DNA of 64,000 bases from a virus. Below are positions 63,986 through 64,000 of this stretch, piece by piece. The translations under genes were made by a program, and so were the position numbers. The stretch covers positions 64,001 to 128,000 of IMG/VR virus record IMGVR_UViG_3300020190_000010. One strand, 5' to 3'. The stretch's first letter is position 1, and the number at the start of each line of letters is the position of its first letter. The notes below the pieces were generated by a model, which searched no databases, was not told where the DNA came from, and worked only from the letters and a program-made list of their open reading frames with translations.

Positions 63986-64000
63986 TGGAAAAATAATTTA

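Noticed and set aside
1-64000. Genome-wide stop codon reassignment
   Set aside because: Conserved genes are full length in the standard code, and TAG and TGA both end genes at expected positions (e.g. terminase and helicase end in TAG, RecA in TGA).
1-64000. tRNA or rRNA genes
   Set aside because: Intergenic gaps are short and AT-rich, and no cloverleaf or T-loop pattern was noticed. tRNAscan-SE would confirm.

Overview
A 64 kb, AT-rich segment of a large T4-like myovirus, with all credible genes on the + strand. Gene order: tail-fibre genes interleaved with six glycosyl/methyl-transferase genes (1-13.6 kb); terminase, portal, prohead protease, ribosomal protein bS21, an ADP-ribosyltransferase, scaffold and major capsid (18-29 kb); PhoH, neck, sheath, tube, chaperone, tape measure and baseplate (32-55 kb); a short family A polymerase, small late genes and a T4-type gp32-UvsX-RNase H-gp41 block (55-64 kb). 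Bacteroidota-type promoters (TTTG-N19/20-TATATTTG) and bS21 suggest a Bacteroidota/FCB host. Best leads: (1) a candidate virion O-glycosylation system, with an Aah/TibC-type transferase and a [S/T]-[G/A/S]-S motif enriched in surface regions of fibres, capsid, neck and sheath; (2) a bS21 lacking the anti-Shine-Dalgarno-sequestering Tyr in a phage whose genes mostly carry SD sites; (3) enzymes with shared, probably protease-cleaved leaders (candidate head cargo); (4) a likely +1/-2 frameshift in the tail chaperone gene; (5) a recurring ATATTTAT late-promoter motif. All family assignments come from motif recognition by eye, not database searches.
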